Positions 48,601 to 61,419 of a stretch of 64,000 nt of DNA are shown here, one piece after another. Both the position numbers and the translations under genes were made by a program. Below the pieces are notes generated by a model, which saw nothing but the letters and a program-made list of their open reading frames with translations, made no database searches and was not told the origin of the DNA. Origin of the DNA: Octopus vulgaris (Eukaryota); assembly GCA_951406725.2 (NCBI GenBank), contig OX597827.1:75826001-75890000 (forward strand), in the 5' to 3' direction. Positions within the stretch are counted from its first letter, which is position 1, and every line of letters starts with the position of its first letter.

Positions 48601-49738
48601 TACAACTTTTATAGATGAAAGCGCGTTAACGAAATACGATCTCCATATACACTCACATTCATATACTAAACTTATACTTACACACACACACACATACACA
48701 TACACACACACACATACACACAAGCACTCACACACTTTCACAAATAAGTTCTAAGAAAAAGTTGATAGGAACTTTATATATGAAAATTAGGATAATGCGC
48801 TGCATCAAGAAACTTTAAATTACACAAAGAACTCAATAAGCCAAAAGGACATAATAGAGTATATTTATTATAACAGATTACGTTGGCAATTAACTCCGAG
48901 TTTCTATCTTGCGACTGGACACTTCGTAACCAACTGCAAGAAGTAACATTATTCAGTTACATATATTTCACACACACACACACACACAGAGTGTATGTTT
49001 GATGTAAACTTCAGATGGCTAATATAAACTTATTTTTAAGTGGTGTATGGTGGTTGTTGTTGTGACTATGCTTCTCTACTCTGCTACGAATATAAACATT
49101 GAGCTAGCTCTCTTTATATATAACACGATTTCAACCTCATTTAATCTTGATTCTCGAGTGTGTATTTTTAGATGCGAACAAAAAATTACCAGAATATATA
49201 TTACGAAACTCCAAAAACAGAATTTATTCCAAAGGAAATTTACCATCTATGGTAGTGTGATGTACTCTACTTAGAATACCCAGGAAATATATTTATATAT
49301 ATACAGAGAGAGAGAGAAGGTGGGGTAAGTGTGTTTATTGACCGAGATAAAATCTCTCGTGAAGTTAAACATGTCGCTGTTGTTATGTCCCAGCATGAAC
49401 TGCCCTGAGCAAGGATATCAACGAATTCTACCAATACATATTTTTCTGTTATCCTGACAAACTTGTCTTCATAAAGGACTTCAAAAATGATCACCAAACA
49501 TGACTCACTGCCAGAAGTTCTCACTCTATGCTTTCTGGATGAGCCTCCAAATATCATCTAACAAGTCAGATGCATCCCAAATCCATGGATTGTCATTTGA
49601 TTGATTATGTAATAATGGAAAGCAAGGTGAGAAGAGCTTCTGCCTAACATGCAGGTGTCACTGTCCCCGCCATCTTTCAGACTTTACTATAAAGCAAAAC
49701 TTCTTTTCATCTACCATGAAAAAGAAGAAAAAAACTGC

Positions 49739-49947
49739 TTAACCCTTTAGCGTTCAGATTATTCTGTCAAATTTATACAGCTTTGAAGTAATCATGCATT
49801 ATATCATAGCAGATTTCAATGATGTGATTGTTTACTTTTAGAATGACATTGTAGGGTAAGTGTGAGAAGCTGGACCTGGCCAATTTGAACATATGGCAGG
49901 TAGAATATTTTGACCGGATGTGGCTGGTTTAAATGTTAAAGGGTTAA
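49739..49947. mobile_element. piggyBac-like MITE family 1
   Basis: TTAA-CCCTTTAG...TAAAGGG-TTAA. Confidence 0.85.
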
Positions 49948-50374
49948 TAAGCTCAGATATTCTTGGGCAAATCAATGTCTTGTCTCCTAAATTCAACAAT
50001 AAGGGGAGGGTGAGTCATCAGAGAAACAATAACCAATTCTGTCTCAAAACATTCCGGCAGATTTGAATGGGAATAACTGATCGCTGTTGATTTTGTTGTT
50101 GGAGAACACCTCCTCTCTTTCGACAGTGTGTGTTCAATAACACATGTGTTGGTGTTCTCTGATGACAAAACAACAGCAACCAGCATTGTGCATTCAAACT
50201 TGCCAGAACATATTGAGAATGAATAGATACATTATTGTTCGTATCCCAAATGTTCAGAATGCACCCATGAATTCCCATCGGAGCAGTTTGAATCATTATT
50301 GATTCAGTTGAGATCTTAGTTGTCAGGAAAGCTTCTAGGATATCTCTCAGACACATCATTTACACTGCCATCCT

Positions 50375-50603
50375 TTAACCCTTTTGTTACTGTATTTCTG
50401 TTGAGATGCTCTGTGTTTCTTTCAATTACTTTAGATATAACAAAGAATTTAGTAGAATAACTTGGTTATCATTAAGCTAGTGTTAGGAACATAAATTGTG
50501 ACTAAGGTTTGATGGAAGATTTTCATTCAAATCTTATGAAAAGAAGACATTTGTACTACAGAGCCAGAGCCGGTTTCAGCTGGGTTGGTAACGAAAGGGT
50601 TAA
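50375..50603. mobile_element. piggyBac-like MITE family 2
   Basis: TTAA-CCCTTTTGTTAC...GTAACGAAAGGG-TTAA. Confidence 0.88.
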
Positions 50604-50626
50604 GAATTGTTTCTCTAATATATATT

Positions 50627-50846
50627 TTAACCCTTTTGTTACTGTATTTCTGTTGAGATGCTCTGTGTTTCTTTCAATTACTTTAAATATAACAAAGAAT
50701 TATAAAATAACTTAGTTATCATTAAGCTAGTGTTAGGAACATAAATTGTGACTAAGGTTTGGTGGAAGATTGTAATTCAAAACTTATGGAAACAAGACAC
50801 TTGTACGCAGAGCTGGTTTCAGCCAGGTTGGTAATGAAAGGGTTAA
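50627..50846. mobile_element. piggyBac-like MITE family 2, second direct copy
   Basis: Same TIRs and TTAA, 23 bp from the previous copy. Confidence 0.88.
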
Positions 50847-51120
50847 AATCCTTAGACATTCAGCCTCTTAGAAATCCTACAGAAGTACTATCTGCATCCA
50901 ATATGGAAACATCAAGATTAGTTCTATGATAAGGACACACAACTTCATTGGAAAAATGCATAATTCACATAAACTGTTGATTAACAGCAAAAACTCTCTC
51001 TCTCCAGGAAGTAAATGTATAAGGAATGTAAGAAGATAGGGTCAGACTATTTTCAGGAGAATGAAGGAATTCAAAAACTTGACCAAAATGCCTCTATCAG
51101 AAAAACTGCTAAGACTTTAT

Positions 51121-51352
51121 TATTTCTTTATTGCCCACAAGGGGCTAAACACAGAGAGGCCAAACAAGGACAGACATATGTATTAAGTCAATTATATCGA
51201 CCCCAGTGCGTAACTGGTACTTATTTAATCGACCCCGAAAGGATGAAAGGCAAAGTCGACCTCGGCGGAATTTGAACTCAGAACGTAGCAGCAGACGAAA
51301 TACTGCTAAGCATTCCGCCTGGCGTGCTAACGTTTCTGCCAGCTCGACGCAT
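51121..51352 (-). mobile_element. SINE family B with TSD
   Basis: Flanked by ACTGC(T/A)AAGACTTTAT on both sides. Confidence 0.85.
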
Positions 51353-51794
51353 TTTTACTGCAAAGACTTTATATAAGGTTCTTAGCTTCCTGGATTTACC
51401 TAGTCCCAAGGAATTTGTCTGATCATTCAAATGAATTTAAATAACTCAAGGAATTACTGAGCTGACTATTTATCTTTGAACTTGTAGAATCCAAGAGCTA
51501 TATCATCTTTCCTGGGTGGAATTTGTCAGAGGTCAGCTGTTTGAAGGAGTCCTGACCTTCTTTGAAGTGTGGTTCCCAGAAGGCTTGCAAAGATTGGAGT
51601 CACTTCATCTTCTAATCTCAGCAGATCAACAAATAACAAAATAAAAATGAAAAAATAAAGAAGCTTTCTTTCCAACCATGTGGTGTTGGATTCACTCTCA
51701 TTGTGCAACACATTGCACAAATGTCTTCAACTATAAACCCAAGCTAACCAATACCTTGTGAATAAATTTCATAGAGAGAAACAAATTAGGTTCG

Positions 51795-52174
51795 ATTTCG
51801 AATTCAATTTTGATTTCACTTGCCTCAACAGATCTTCACAAGCAGAGTTTTGTGTCCAAAGAAGGAAAGGTATGCATAAGTGGGCTGGCTACATCCTGGT
51901 AAAGGCCATGGGTTATGGTTTCACTTGTCCTGCTGGGTCTTCTCATGCACAGCATATTTCCAAAGGTCTCGGTCACTAGTCATTGCCTCGGTGAGGCCTA
52001 ATGTTCGAAGATCATGCTTCACCACCTTATCCCAGGTTTTCCTTCCACAGGTTTCCTCAACGGCTAGGGTGTGGCACTTTTTTACACAGTTATCTTCATC
52101 CATTCTCGCCACATGACCATACCAGCGCAATCATCTCTCTTGTATACCACAACTGATGCTTCTTAGGTGCAACT
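51795..52174 (-). mobile_element. RTE-type LINE family C fragment
   Basis: RWYGHVARMDEDNCVKKC...KTWDKVVKHDL; homologous to 44070-44455. Confidence 0.85.
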
Positions 52175-52365
52175 TGAGGAGAAGAAAGATGGATGATGGT
52201 CACGTGTGAGAAACAAGAGAGAGAAAGAGGGGAGGAAAAGGGAATTAGAGAAGGATGGGGGAGAAAATAGTATGGAGTAGAGTTGCATTAAAAAGATTAA
52301 GATAAACTTACTTGAAAATGGATGTGTAGCATTCAATTAAGTAATAATATAAATAATATATATAT

Positions 52366-52566
52366 AAACGGAATTTTGTCAGTGAACAGGTCACGGTCTC
52401 AAAGCGAGAAAAATATTTTGACAAATTAAATTTAAATGTCAAAATGAATCTAATGGTTTTTGTGTGTTTCTTAAATGGCTTATAAACACCTTCCATGCTG
52501 CAATTGCTTTCGTTCCAGTACATGATCTCAGATCAGGTCACTTGCTATGCAAGTACATCTCCGTAA
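52366..52566 (+). mobile_element. Possible Penelope-like terminal fragment with a degenerate hammerhead outline
   Basis: Between (TA)n tracts; TTTGTCA-gtgaaca...GAAAAATATTT-TGACAAA. Confidence 0.35.
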
Positions 52567-53075
52567 TATATATATATATATATGTGTGTGTGTGAGTACA
52601 GGACTTCTTGTCAAACCGTCCTACCCATGCCGGCATGGAAAGCAGACGTTAAACAATGATGATGATGATGAATATATATACATACATACATACATATAAA
52701 TATACATACACACACACACACATATATATATATATACATACATACATACATAGAGAGAGAGAGAGAGAACAGAATTGTATACCCATTTCCGTTTGTACTC
52801 AGCAATGGCAATTCTTACTTCCCAATTTAACCGGAAGCTTCTTCCTGCTAAAGTTTGCCACAAAAGGTGTTTTACTTTTAACACTGTTTTTGAATACATA
52901 AATATGTGATCCATATATTTGTGTGTGATACCACCCTCGGTTACTACTCCTTTGTCTGAATTTCCACGCCATTCTCTCTCTCTTTCTTTTCACACAGAAG
53001 CAAAGAATACATTAGTATTCTGCTCTCCCAACATATCTCAGTTCCCGACCAGTTTCTAGTAACTTACCCTTTGTC

Positions 53076-53462
53076 AGTCAGCACCCGTATTGCTAGAAAT
53101 AAGAGCCAAAACAGCTCAATAGCCAACAAAAGCACTATCTTAATGAGCTGACAAGGGAGGCAGGCTCCCTATGGTCGCAGATACAGCCAGATCATCAATA
53201 ATTTTGTGTTCTGATGCTTAATGTTCATGAGTGGCTCTCACCACTCCAAGGGTTAAACTCATCTCATCTTGTCAGCTTATAGGCACGGTGAGAGCCACTG
53301 ATGAGCGTTAAGATGCATTAAGCATCAGAAGGTGAAACCATTGATGATCTGGCTGTGTCTGCGACCACAGAGAGCTTGCCTCCCTTGTCAGTTAATTAAG
53401 ACAGTGCTTTTGTTGGTATTGAACTGTTTTGACTCTTATTTCTAGCAATACTGGTGTTGATT
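53076..53462. repeat. Long inverted repeat, ~165-175-bp arms, ~44-nt loop
   Basis: Arms 53076-53242 and 53287-53462 pair by inspection. Confidence 0.92.
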
Positions 53463-53940
53463 AGTGCCCATGTTCACTTTAGTGCCATATATATTTCTGC
53501 CTTTAGGTTGTAAAATTCTGAATTGGCCACCCACATTATTTATATATATATATATAAAGGTTGGCTTTGTGCCATCGTAAATGATGGCTAATTGTAGTAT
53601 TGTATATATAAATATGGATGGTAAATCAAATTAACACACTTATCAATGTTATCTAGTGGTTGTCTTTTGAGATGTGACATCAATCATCGTTTGCTACTGA
53701 AAGAACGCTGGTTCACACATGCAAACGTTCCCATACTTCCCTTGTACATGCACACACATACATACATATACTCACGCAGAGTTGAAATGCTCCCACTGCC
53801 AGTTTGCCAGCAGCCCTTCCTTCTTTATTCCTCTATCACCCCTTCCTTTCTCATTCATATGTAGTGACAGAGAAAACACAAGAGTATTATTATAGTAGAA
53901 AATATATATATGTATGTGTATATATATAGATAGATAGATA

Positions 53941-53981
<41 letters not shown>

Positions 53982-54046
53982 TTTCTCTAGTTTCAGCTCA
54001 GAGCTGCGGCCATGCTGATGCACCGCCATTTAAATTATAGGGAGGC

Positions 54047-54114
54047 TGCCGTGACCAGGATTCGAACCTGGGTTACCACGGCCACAACGTGGGGTCCTAA
54101 CCACAAGACGATCA
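54047..54114 (-). pseudogene. tRNA-His(GTG) lacking the first ~4 nt of the acceptor stem
   Basis: TGATCGTCTTGTGGTTAGGACCCCACGTTGTGGCCGTGGTAACCCAGGTTCGAATCCTGGTCACGGCA; 5' GCCG replaced by (TA)n. Confidence 0.85.
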
Positions 54115-54373
54115 TTTATATATATATATATATATATATACAAATGGAGCAAAAACGCTACACAGGACGATAAAACATTCGGACAGACAGACGATACAAA
54201 GGCAGACAAGAGAAACAACAATTAGAAGGACAGGCAAAAAAAGATGGGTCATTCGTGGCTTTCTTTCCTCAGTCAAGTACCAGAAGTCATGACCATTTCG
54301 GGCAGTTACATATATATATATAGAGAGAGAGGTGAGAGAGTTGGTGTGTGAAAGCACATGGTTGGATGTATAA

Positions 54374-54625
54374 AAAATAGAAAAGAGTAAAAAAACTACA
54401 GAAGGCTTGTGTTATAAGGTTAAAGAATATATTTTAAGTTGTTATGTTAGAAAATTTTGTGTATAGTAACATAGTTTTTGAAAAGAAAATATACGAAACT
54501 GGTTATTTCTCAAAAAACTATGTTACTGTACACAAAATTTTATCACATTTTTCTAACATAACTTAAATATATGCTTTAACCATATAACACAAGCCTTCTG
54601 TAGTTTTTTCACCCTTTTTTATTTT
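54374..54625. repeat. AT-rich inverted repeat, ~110-bp arms
   Basis: AAAAAACTACAGAAGGCTTGTGTTATA...GTAACATAGTTTTT vs AAAAACTATGTTAC...TATAACACAAGCCTTCTGTAGTTTTTT. Confidence 0.88.
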
Positions 54626-54780
54626 AGGAGTGGCTGTGTGGTAAGTAGCTTGTTTACCAACCACATGGTTCCGGGTTCAGTCCCACTGCGTGGCACCTTG
54701 GGCAAATGTCTTCTACTATAGCCTCGGGCTGACCAAAGCCTTGTGAGTGGATTTGGTAGATGGAAACTGAAAGAAACCTG

Positions 54781-54828
<48 letters not shown>

Positions 54829-54948
54829 CTGTGTTTGTCCTCCTAGCATTGCTTGACAACCAATGCTGGTGTGTTTATGTCCCTGTCACCTAGCGGTGCT
54901 CCAGCATGGCCGCAGTCAAATGACTGAAACAAGTAAAAGAGTAAAAGA
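54625..54948 (+). mobile_element. SINE family A with an internal deletion; inverted partial copy at 55012-55145
   Basis: AGGAGTGGCTGTGTGGTAAG head; GGTGCTCCAGCATGGCC tail. Confidence 0.85.
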
Positions 54949-54961
54949 GGGAGAGAGAGAG

Positions 54962-55014
<53 letters not shown>

Positions 55015-55589
55015 ACTGGCTTCTTTCAGTTTCTGTCAGCCAAATCCAAACACAATGCTTTGGTTGACCCAAGGCTATAGTAGTAGCCATGCAGTGAGAC
55101 TGAACCTACAACCATGAAACTTCTTGCCACACATCTACGCCTGTCTATATATTAGTTAATATCAAGGATTTTCTGTTACAAAATTCTGGCTTGATAAAAT
55201 AGCTGAGCATTGTCTCATCCTAGAGCAGCTTGGAAGATAAAGGTTTTTGGGGGTTCTTTCCACTTCACTTCTGTTTCCTCTACTGTATGCCACATCTCTC
55301 TAAGTCTTCTATGACAGTTGTTCATCTATATTACACATCTCAAAGTTCACCCAAAAACCCAGCAAGGAAAACTATATACAATTGCTCAACCTCCTAGAAA
55401 TAGCAGTCAAATCTTTCCTCAAATCACAGCATACTATTTTGTAAAAGCAAAATACAGACAGACAGACTGATACACCAAATCAGAAAGATAGACCAAGCCA
55501 GACAGACTGATAGAGAGAGAGTTAGATAGACAGACAGGAAGACAGACATACACAAATAGACAGAAAGACAGGTAGAAAGAAAGAAATAT

Positions 55590-55620
<31 letters not shown>

Positions 55621-56029
55621 TACAGACATAGATATATAGATTGCTAGATAGATAGATAGATAGAAAGACAAGGTGATATCTGTTGTGTAAGGTAAAATAT
55701 GATATTCTAACTGTATGAAGTGGTATGGGTAGTGACTGCAAGAAGGGAGAGTAAGGGGTGCTTAGTCAATATCTGACAGGCTCGATTAGAGGTGGTTGGC
55801 TACCCATCACTGAGTTTGTGAATCAATGACCACACCAGAGATTTTAGTGTGTCTGCGTTGAGAGAGTAGAAGCAGCAACAGTAGTAGTAGTAGTAGTAGC
55901 AGCAGCGTGCTTAGTTGTTTTTGGATATATAGTTTTGGTAGATGAAAGTACCGATATAAAAACTATTGATACAAATCCGTCCTCTCTCAATATGTGTGCA
56001 CTTATGTATGTGTTTATATATATATGTAT

Positions 56030-56345
<316 letters not shown>

Positions 56346-57456
56346 TATGTATGCCTTTTATCCTTTTACTAGTTTCAACCATGTGTGTGTGTATGTATAT
56401 TGTATGTGTGTGTTTATTTTCCTATCTACCTATCTATCTATCTGCCTACCATTCTATCTCTTTACCTACCTACTTCTCTCTCTTCTCCATTTCTCCATCA
56501 ACCTACCAATATACTTACCTAGCTGTCATTCTAGCAACCTTTTTAAGACAGTTAATATTTCACAATGATATATATAAAGTGATTGCTTCGTTCGTCTGTT
56601 CCGGGTAATTTTATATACCAGTCACTTCTGATGTTAATATTTGCTACTATACTGTATGGCTAAAAGAGTCACTTGTACTTCATTCAACAGTGGCTGAGGA
56701 AGTGAATAGTCACTGAATCATTTAGATGTCTCATGGTAAATATTCCATATTTTCTCTGATTGGTGGTGATTTTTAAGTTCATTTCTTCCTGTTTGTGTAA
56801 CCTTTTTGTTACCCCATTTAGTTAAGAAGCTTACTTTGCAACAATGGGGTCTCCAGTTCGGTTTCACTGCTCAGCCCTTCGGATTAGCAGCAAACATCTT
56901 TTACTATAGCACCAGGCAGATCAATGCTTTGTGAGTCAATTTGGTAGACAGAAACTGTGTGGAAATCTTCATACACACACACACATATATATGTGTTTAA
57001 GTGTATATCTGCTGTTTAAAGATCAGTTGGGAACATGTTTCAGTCATTGGACTGTGACCATGCTGGAGCACTACTTTGAAATATTTAAGTCAAATAAACT
57101 GCCACCAGCACTTACGCTTTTGTTTTTGTCTGTTTTTAAGTCTGGTAAATATTGTATCACTCCCTTTGCTGAACTGCTAAGTTACAGGCACGTAAACAAA
57201 CTATTACCAGTTGTCAAACAGCAGGGGTGAGATAAACATGGACTCATAAACGTGTGTGTGTGTGTGTGTGTGTAAGGTGACAACTAGCAATTAAACATGG
57301 TGATGTTTCTGTTGTGATTTAGGGAGTTCATTGACAGACTTGGTTAATCAGAGTTCGATGATTGTAATGGTAACATTAATTTTTTAAAATGCATTTTTGT
57401 CCTTGAAGACAGACCTCCCAAGTGGTCAAATCGAAATAAATAAATAAATATTTATG

Positions 57457-57668
57457 TTTGCCAGCCTCGTCTGGCACCTGTGCCGGTGGCACGTAAAAAG
57501 CACTCACTACACTCACGGAGTGGTTGGCGTTAGGAAAGGCATCCAGCCGTAGAAACATTGCCAGATCAGACTGGGCCTGGTGCAGCCTTCTGGCTTCCCA
57601 GACCCCGGTCAAACCGTCCAACCCATGCTAGCATGGAAAGCGGACGCTAAACGAAGATGATGATGATG
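57457..57668 (+). mobile_element. 3' end of RTE-type LINE family C
   Basis: Ends GGACGCTAAACGAAGATGATGATG. Confidence 0.8.
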
Positions 57669-59369
57669 AAATAAATAAGGAAAGTAAATTACAAGAGCTG
57701 TCTGTTTATGAAAGGTTGAGTTCCTGCCAGTCTACAAAAAGGCATAAAATGATACCAAAAGATATATTTGAACGAATCAATTTCCTAATAGACTCCCATA
57801 GAACATGTGTATTCAATACAACCAGACAATTACTTTATGTAAAAAGCATAAAGTGGGGGGAAAAAAAACCCTCAGCGCACGATCAGAATTTCCGAATAAT
57901 TTACACCAAACATGACCAGAAAGACTTCTAGCTACAATTTCAGAACTCATTAATTATAGTCCAAGACGAGTTGCTGATCTTAAAGACAGCTTAAGAAGGA
58001 ATGTCACAAGAAAGTATTTATAGTGTAAAACGGTAATTGGCCAAGAAATGTTTCATAGGGCAGTAAATTTCCTAATAAAGTTATTACTGCAAAAATCTTG
58101 GAGTGTGTGGGTGTGTGTGTATGTGTGTGTGTGTATGTGTGTTTTCTGAATTTCCTGTCACATGAATTAATAAAAGCAACCGACCTTTGAGCGATAAACG
58201 ACTCTTATCATCTTCTAACGAACAATCAAACTATAGAAATAGGTTCTTTGTATCTTTAGTTAGTTAAAACTATTGTGAATTGTTACCCTGTAAGTGTATA
58301 CATACATACATACATATATATATATATACACACACATGTTTTATAAACGTTATATAATGTCCAACAAAGTACACTCGCTTATAGACGCATACATTTTTTC
58401 TGTGTTAGAAACACCGTATCATTTACGTGAAACAAGAACGTGTAAATGAGATAGATCAGTGACCAGATAAATAGATGGCTGATTTTAAACGATGTAACTG
58501 AGATGGTGAAAAAATAAACCTTGCAAGAACTGAAATTAACTCGTCAATCCTTAATAATGAAATCGAGTTTTTAGTTCATATCGTATAGAGTGATAATGAA
58601 TTGACTTGTTAGAGTTGTTTAGCCCGAGGTTAGTGGGCCTATCATCAAAGGCATAGTGTAGCTATGGCATTTTTTTTTTGTCAGCATTGTATGTCTACGA
58701 CTACATTATGCAAATATTTCCTTTACTTTTAAGACATTATCAGGTGCGATATGCAGGAAGTTTAATTTCTGTTATATGAAGGAATGCAGTTGGCGACTGT
58801 ACATGGTGGTGATACAGGAATTTTCGTGTGCCAGTGGAGTATGGAGCTGAATGTCAAACAGTGGTGGCTTTAATATCCTTTCCACTGTAGGCACAAGGCC
58901 TGAAGTTTTGGGGGAGGGAGCTATTCGATTACATCGACCACAGTGTCCTGACAGGATAAAAGGCAAAAATCGATCTCGGCGGAATTTGATCGCGTATCAT
59001 AAAGACGGACGAAATGCCGCCAAGCATTTCGTTCAGCGTGATAATGATCCTTCCAGCTCACCGCCTTAGCAGTGACTTTAACAAGAGCCATCTTGGCTGA
59101 GGAATATTGGAGACATAGAAAGTGATATGGGGCTTTACAAAGTTTGTAGAGATCTTCTCGGCCATTTAAGCCTTCGTTTTCCTCAGTCGTTTTGGTGTTG
59201 TTACAGTGATGGCTGAACACCTGATTTGGAGTAATGGTGGTTGACTTTCTCCTGGTTGTTTAGCCCCGAGTGGCCAAATAATTTCGAACCGTGTACGTAC
59301 AGCCAGTACCATCGTTTAGTGTCTCTGTCGTCCATACATAAATATTTTTAAACCCGCAATTTAATGTCA

Positions 59370-59935
59370 TGAATAATAAACGAGTGGTTACTGTCTGCAC
59401 GAATGGCGAAAATTATTGGATTGGAAGAGAAATTAGCAATTTAGCAAGCATGAAAGTGGTACTTCTAAAGCTAAAACAGGCTGAGATCAAGCTGCCTGCA
59501 AATCAACAGTGCAGAATATATATTCAGACCTCGGAATTTTATAAAGAAAAGGACAATTTAATTGCTGCTTCATCATCAAATTTTCAAACAACAAGAAACA
59601 AAAACGTTGTAATTATTGGAAAGGAACGTCCATTGATGTTGAACGAAGACTGACTCATTCTTCTAAATTAAATGACCATCAAAACGAAGTCTGTCAGTTT
59701 GCCGCAACCCAGAGAAAACGAAACTAAATGGGGAGATATCGAAAATTTTTGAGGAAGTTTCCCAGGTTTAGTAAACAATATTGAATAAAATAACACTAGG
59801 ATTGTATGAGAAAGGGTAAATACAACAGCAAGATGTCCTGCCATATTGAAAAATAAAATTGGAGACAGTGTTTATGCTGGTGAACAAATTATAAATGTTG
59901 ACAAAACAGGGTTGTTTTGGAAATGAATGTATAGG
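59370..59935 (+). mobile_element. Pogo/Tigger-like transposase relic
   Basis: 59863-59930 reads DSVYAGEQIINVDKTGLFWK*M (cf. QIFNVDETGLFWK). Confidence 0.6.
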
Positions 59936-60269
59936 AAATTTAAAGGATAGATCATAGATATAACGACAAAAATTGATTGTGTATAATTTCCTTTAATTTC
60001 CTAAATACTGACAAAGAAAAGAGACCTTGCCTGATTTTGCCAGTAAAGTTCCACTGCACATGGTTTGAGAAAATAGGTCATGTATGGAATTCAAACATGG
60101 AAAACCTTAGATATTGATCTCTAAAACAGAAAAAGTTGTGTGAATGTGTTTGTGAATGCACACAGATTTTGTGTTTTAAGAATTCAACTGAAATACGAAG
60201 GAAATGCTTGAGCCAACTGAATAATATACAACTGTCTCTAGTATAACTGGGATGAAATCAGTCGCAGGT

Positions 60270-60945
60270 CATCCTTCATGCTGATTGAGTCTTCCTTAGA
60301 TGCTTCTGCTCTGCCTCGCAACCAGACAGCAGGCATGGCTCAATTTGGTGCATGCCTCAACACCTGTACCCTACTTGATGAGTGCATTTGCTATGGAGTA
60401 ACCAAGTGCCTCAGCCTCCACATGTACACATCTCACAAATGCCATTGTGGGGCTGTCATTGACAAATTTGGCCTGCACCTGCTATCGTACTGAATTAATG
60501 CAGGCTGGTTGCTCTGATGTGTTGCTCTGAAAGACATCATCAAGAAGAATCTCGAAGCAGCTGACGTCTTGTTATAACTGGAACCAGCTGACCTTGGCCA
60601 TGGCAATGGTAAAACAACTTTCTTCCCATTTCAGGGAGGTAAATCCCTAACCAGGGATGCAATGTGTTGCAACATATCCTCTGTTTCCAACCTTGTCACA
60701 TTGGCTGTAAACCTGGGCACCAGAATCTACAATGAAGAGGAGAGGAAGATACACACATATTGGGCCTTGACTGACCACTTCCTTCTTGTACTGATCACCA
60801 TCAAGACCTCAAGTGTCTTCAGTCCCACGTCTGCAAAATTGGGTACACCGCAGCACATCTGATGAAGGGGACCCATGATCGTTGCAGCAGGTGTCACTGG
60901 CCATTCTCTGAGGCAATATCTTCACTATTTTGTCTGCAGGGTATA
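60270..60945 (+). mobile_element. Decayed non-LTR retrotransposon C-terminus (zinc knuckle plus restriction-like endonuclease, CRE-like)
   Basis: HKCHCGAVIDKFGLHLLS...ALKDIIKKNLEAA...LEPADLGHGNGK...FPFQGGKSLTRDA, with stops. Confidence 0.7.
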
Positions 60946-61191
60946 GCAGAATCAACACTCGGATTTTAGATGTAGTCTATCCTTCTCCCCTCCCCCTTCC
61001 TTTTGTTGCTTAATCCTCTTTCTTCTTTTTCTTTTTTCTCTTTACCCCCTCCCTTTCTTTTTGTTTCATTTAAATATTTTTTTAATTGTAAATATTATTG
61101 ATTGAAACAATAAAGCTGAAATGAAAGACAAATAGTACTGAATAATTTGTGTGCAAAGCAGATAAATGGCCCCCATGCAAGGAAAAATCAG

Positions 61192-61419
61192 TTAACCCTT
61201 TCATTACCGTATTTATTTTGAGGTGCTCTGTGATTCACTTAATTATTTTAGGTGTAACTAAGAATTTAGTGAAATAACTTCGTTATCATTAAGCTAGTGT
61301 TAGGAACATAAATTGTAACTAAAGTTTGGTGGAAGATTTTAATTCAAAATTTATGTAAACAAGACATTTGTACTACAGAGCCAGAGCCGGTTTCAGCTGG
61401 GTTGTAATGAAAGGGTTAA
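61192..61419. mobile_element. piggyBac-like MITE family 2
   Basis: TTAA-CCCTTTCATTAC...GTAATGAAAGGG-TTAA. Confidence 0.85.

Noticed and set aside
53296-53362. CTGATGA...GAAAC hammerhead-like words in the foldback arm
   Set aside because: No convincing stems I, II or III
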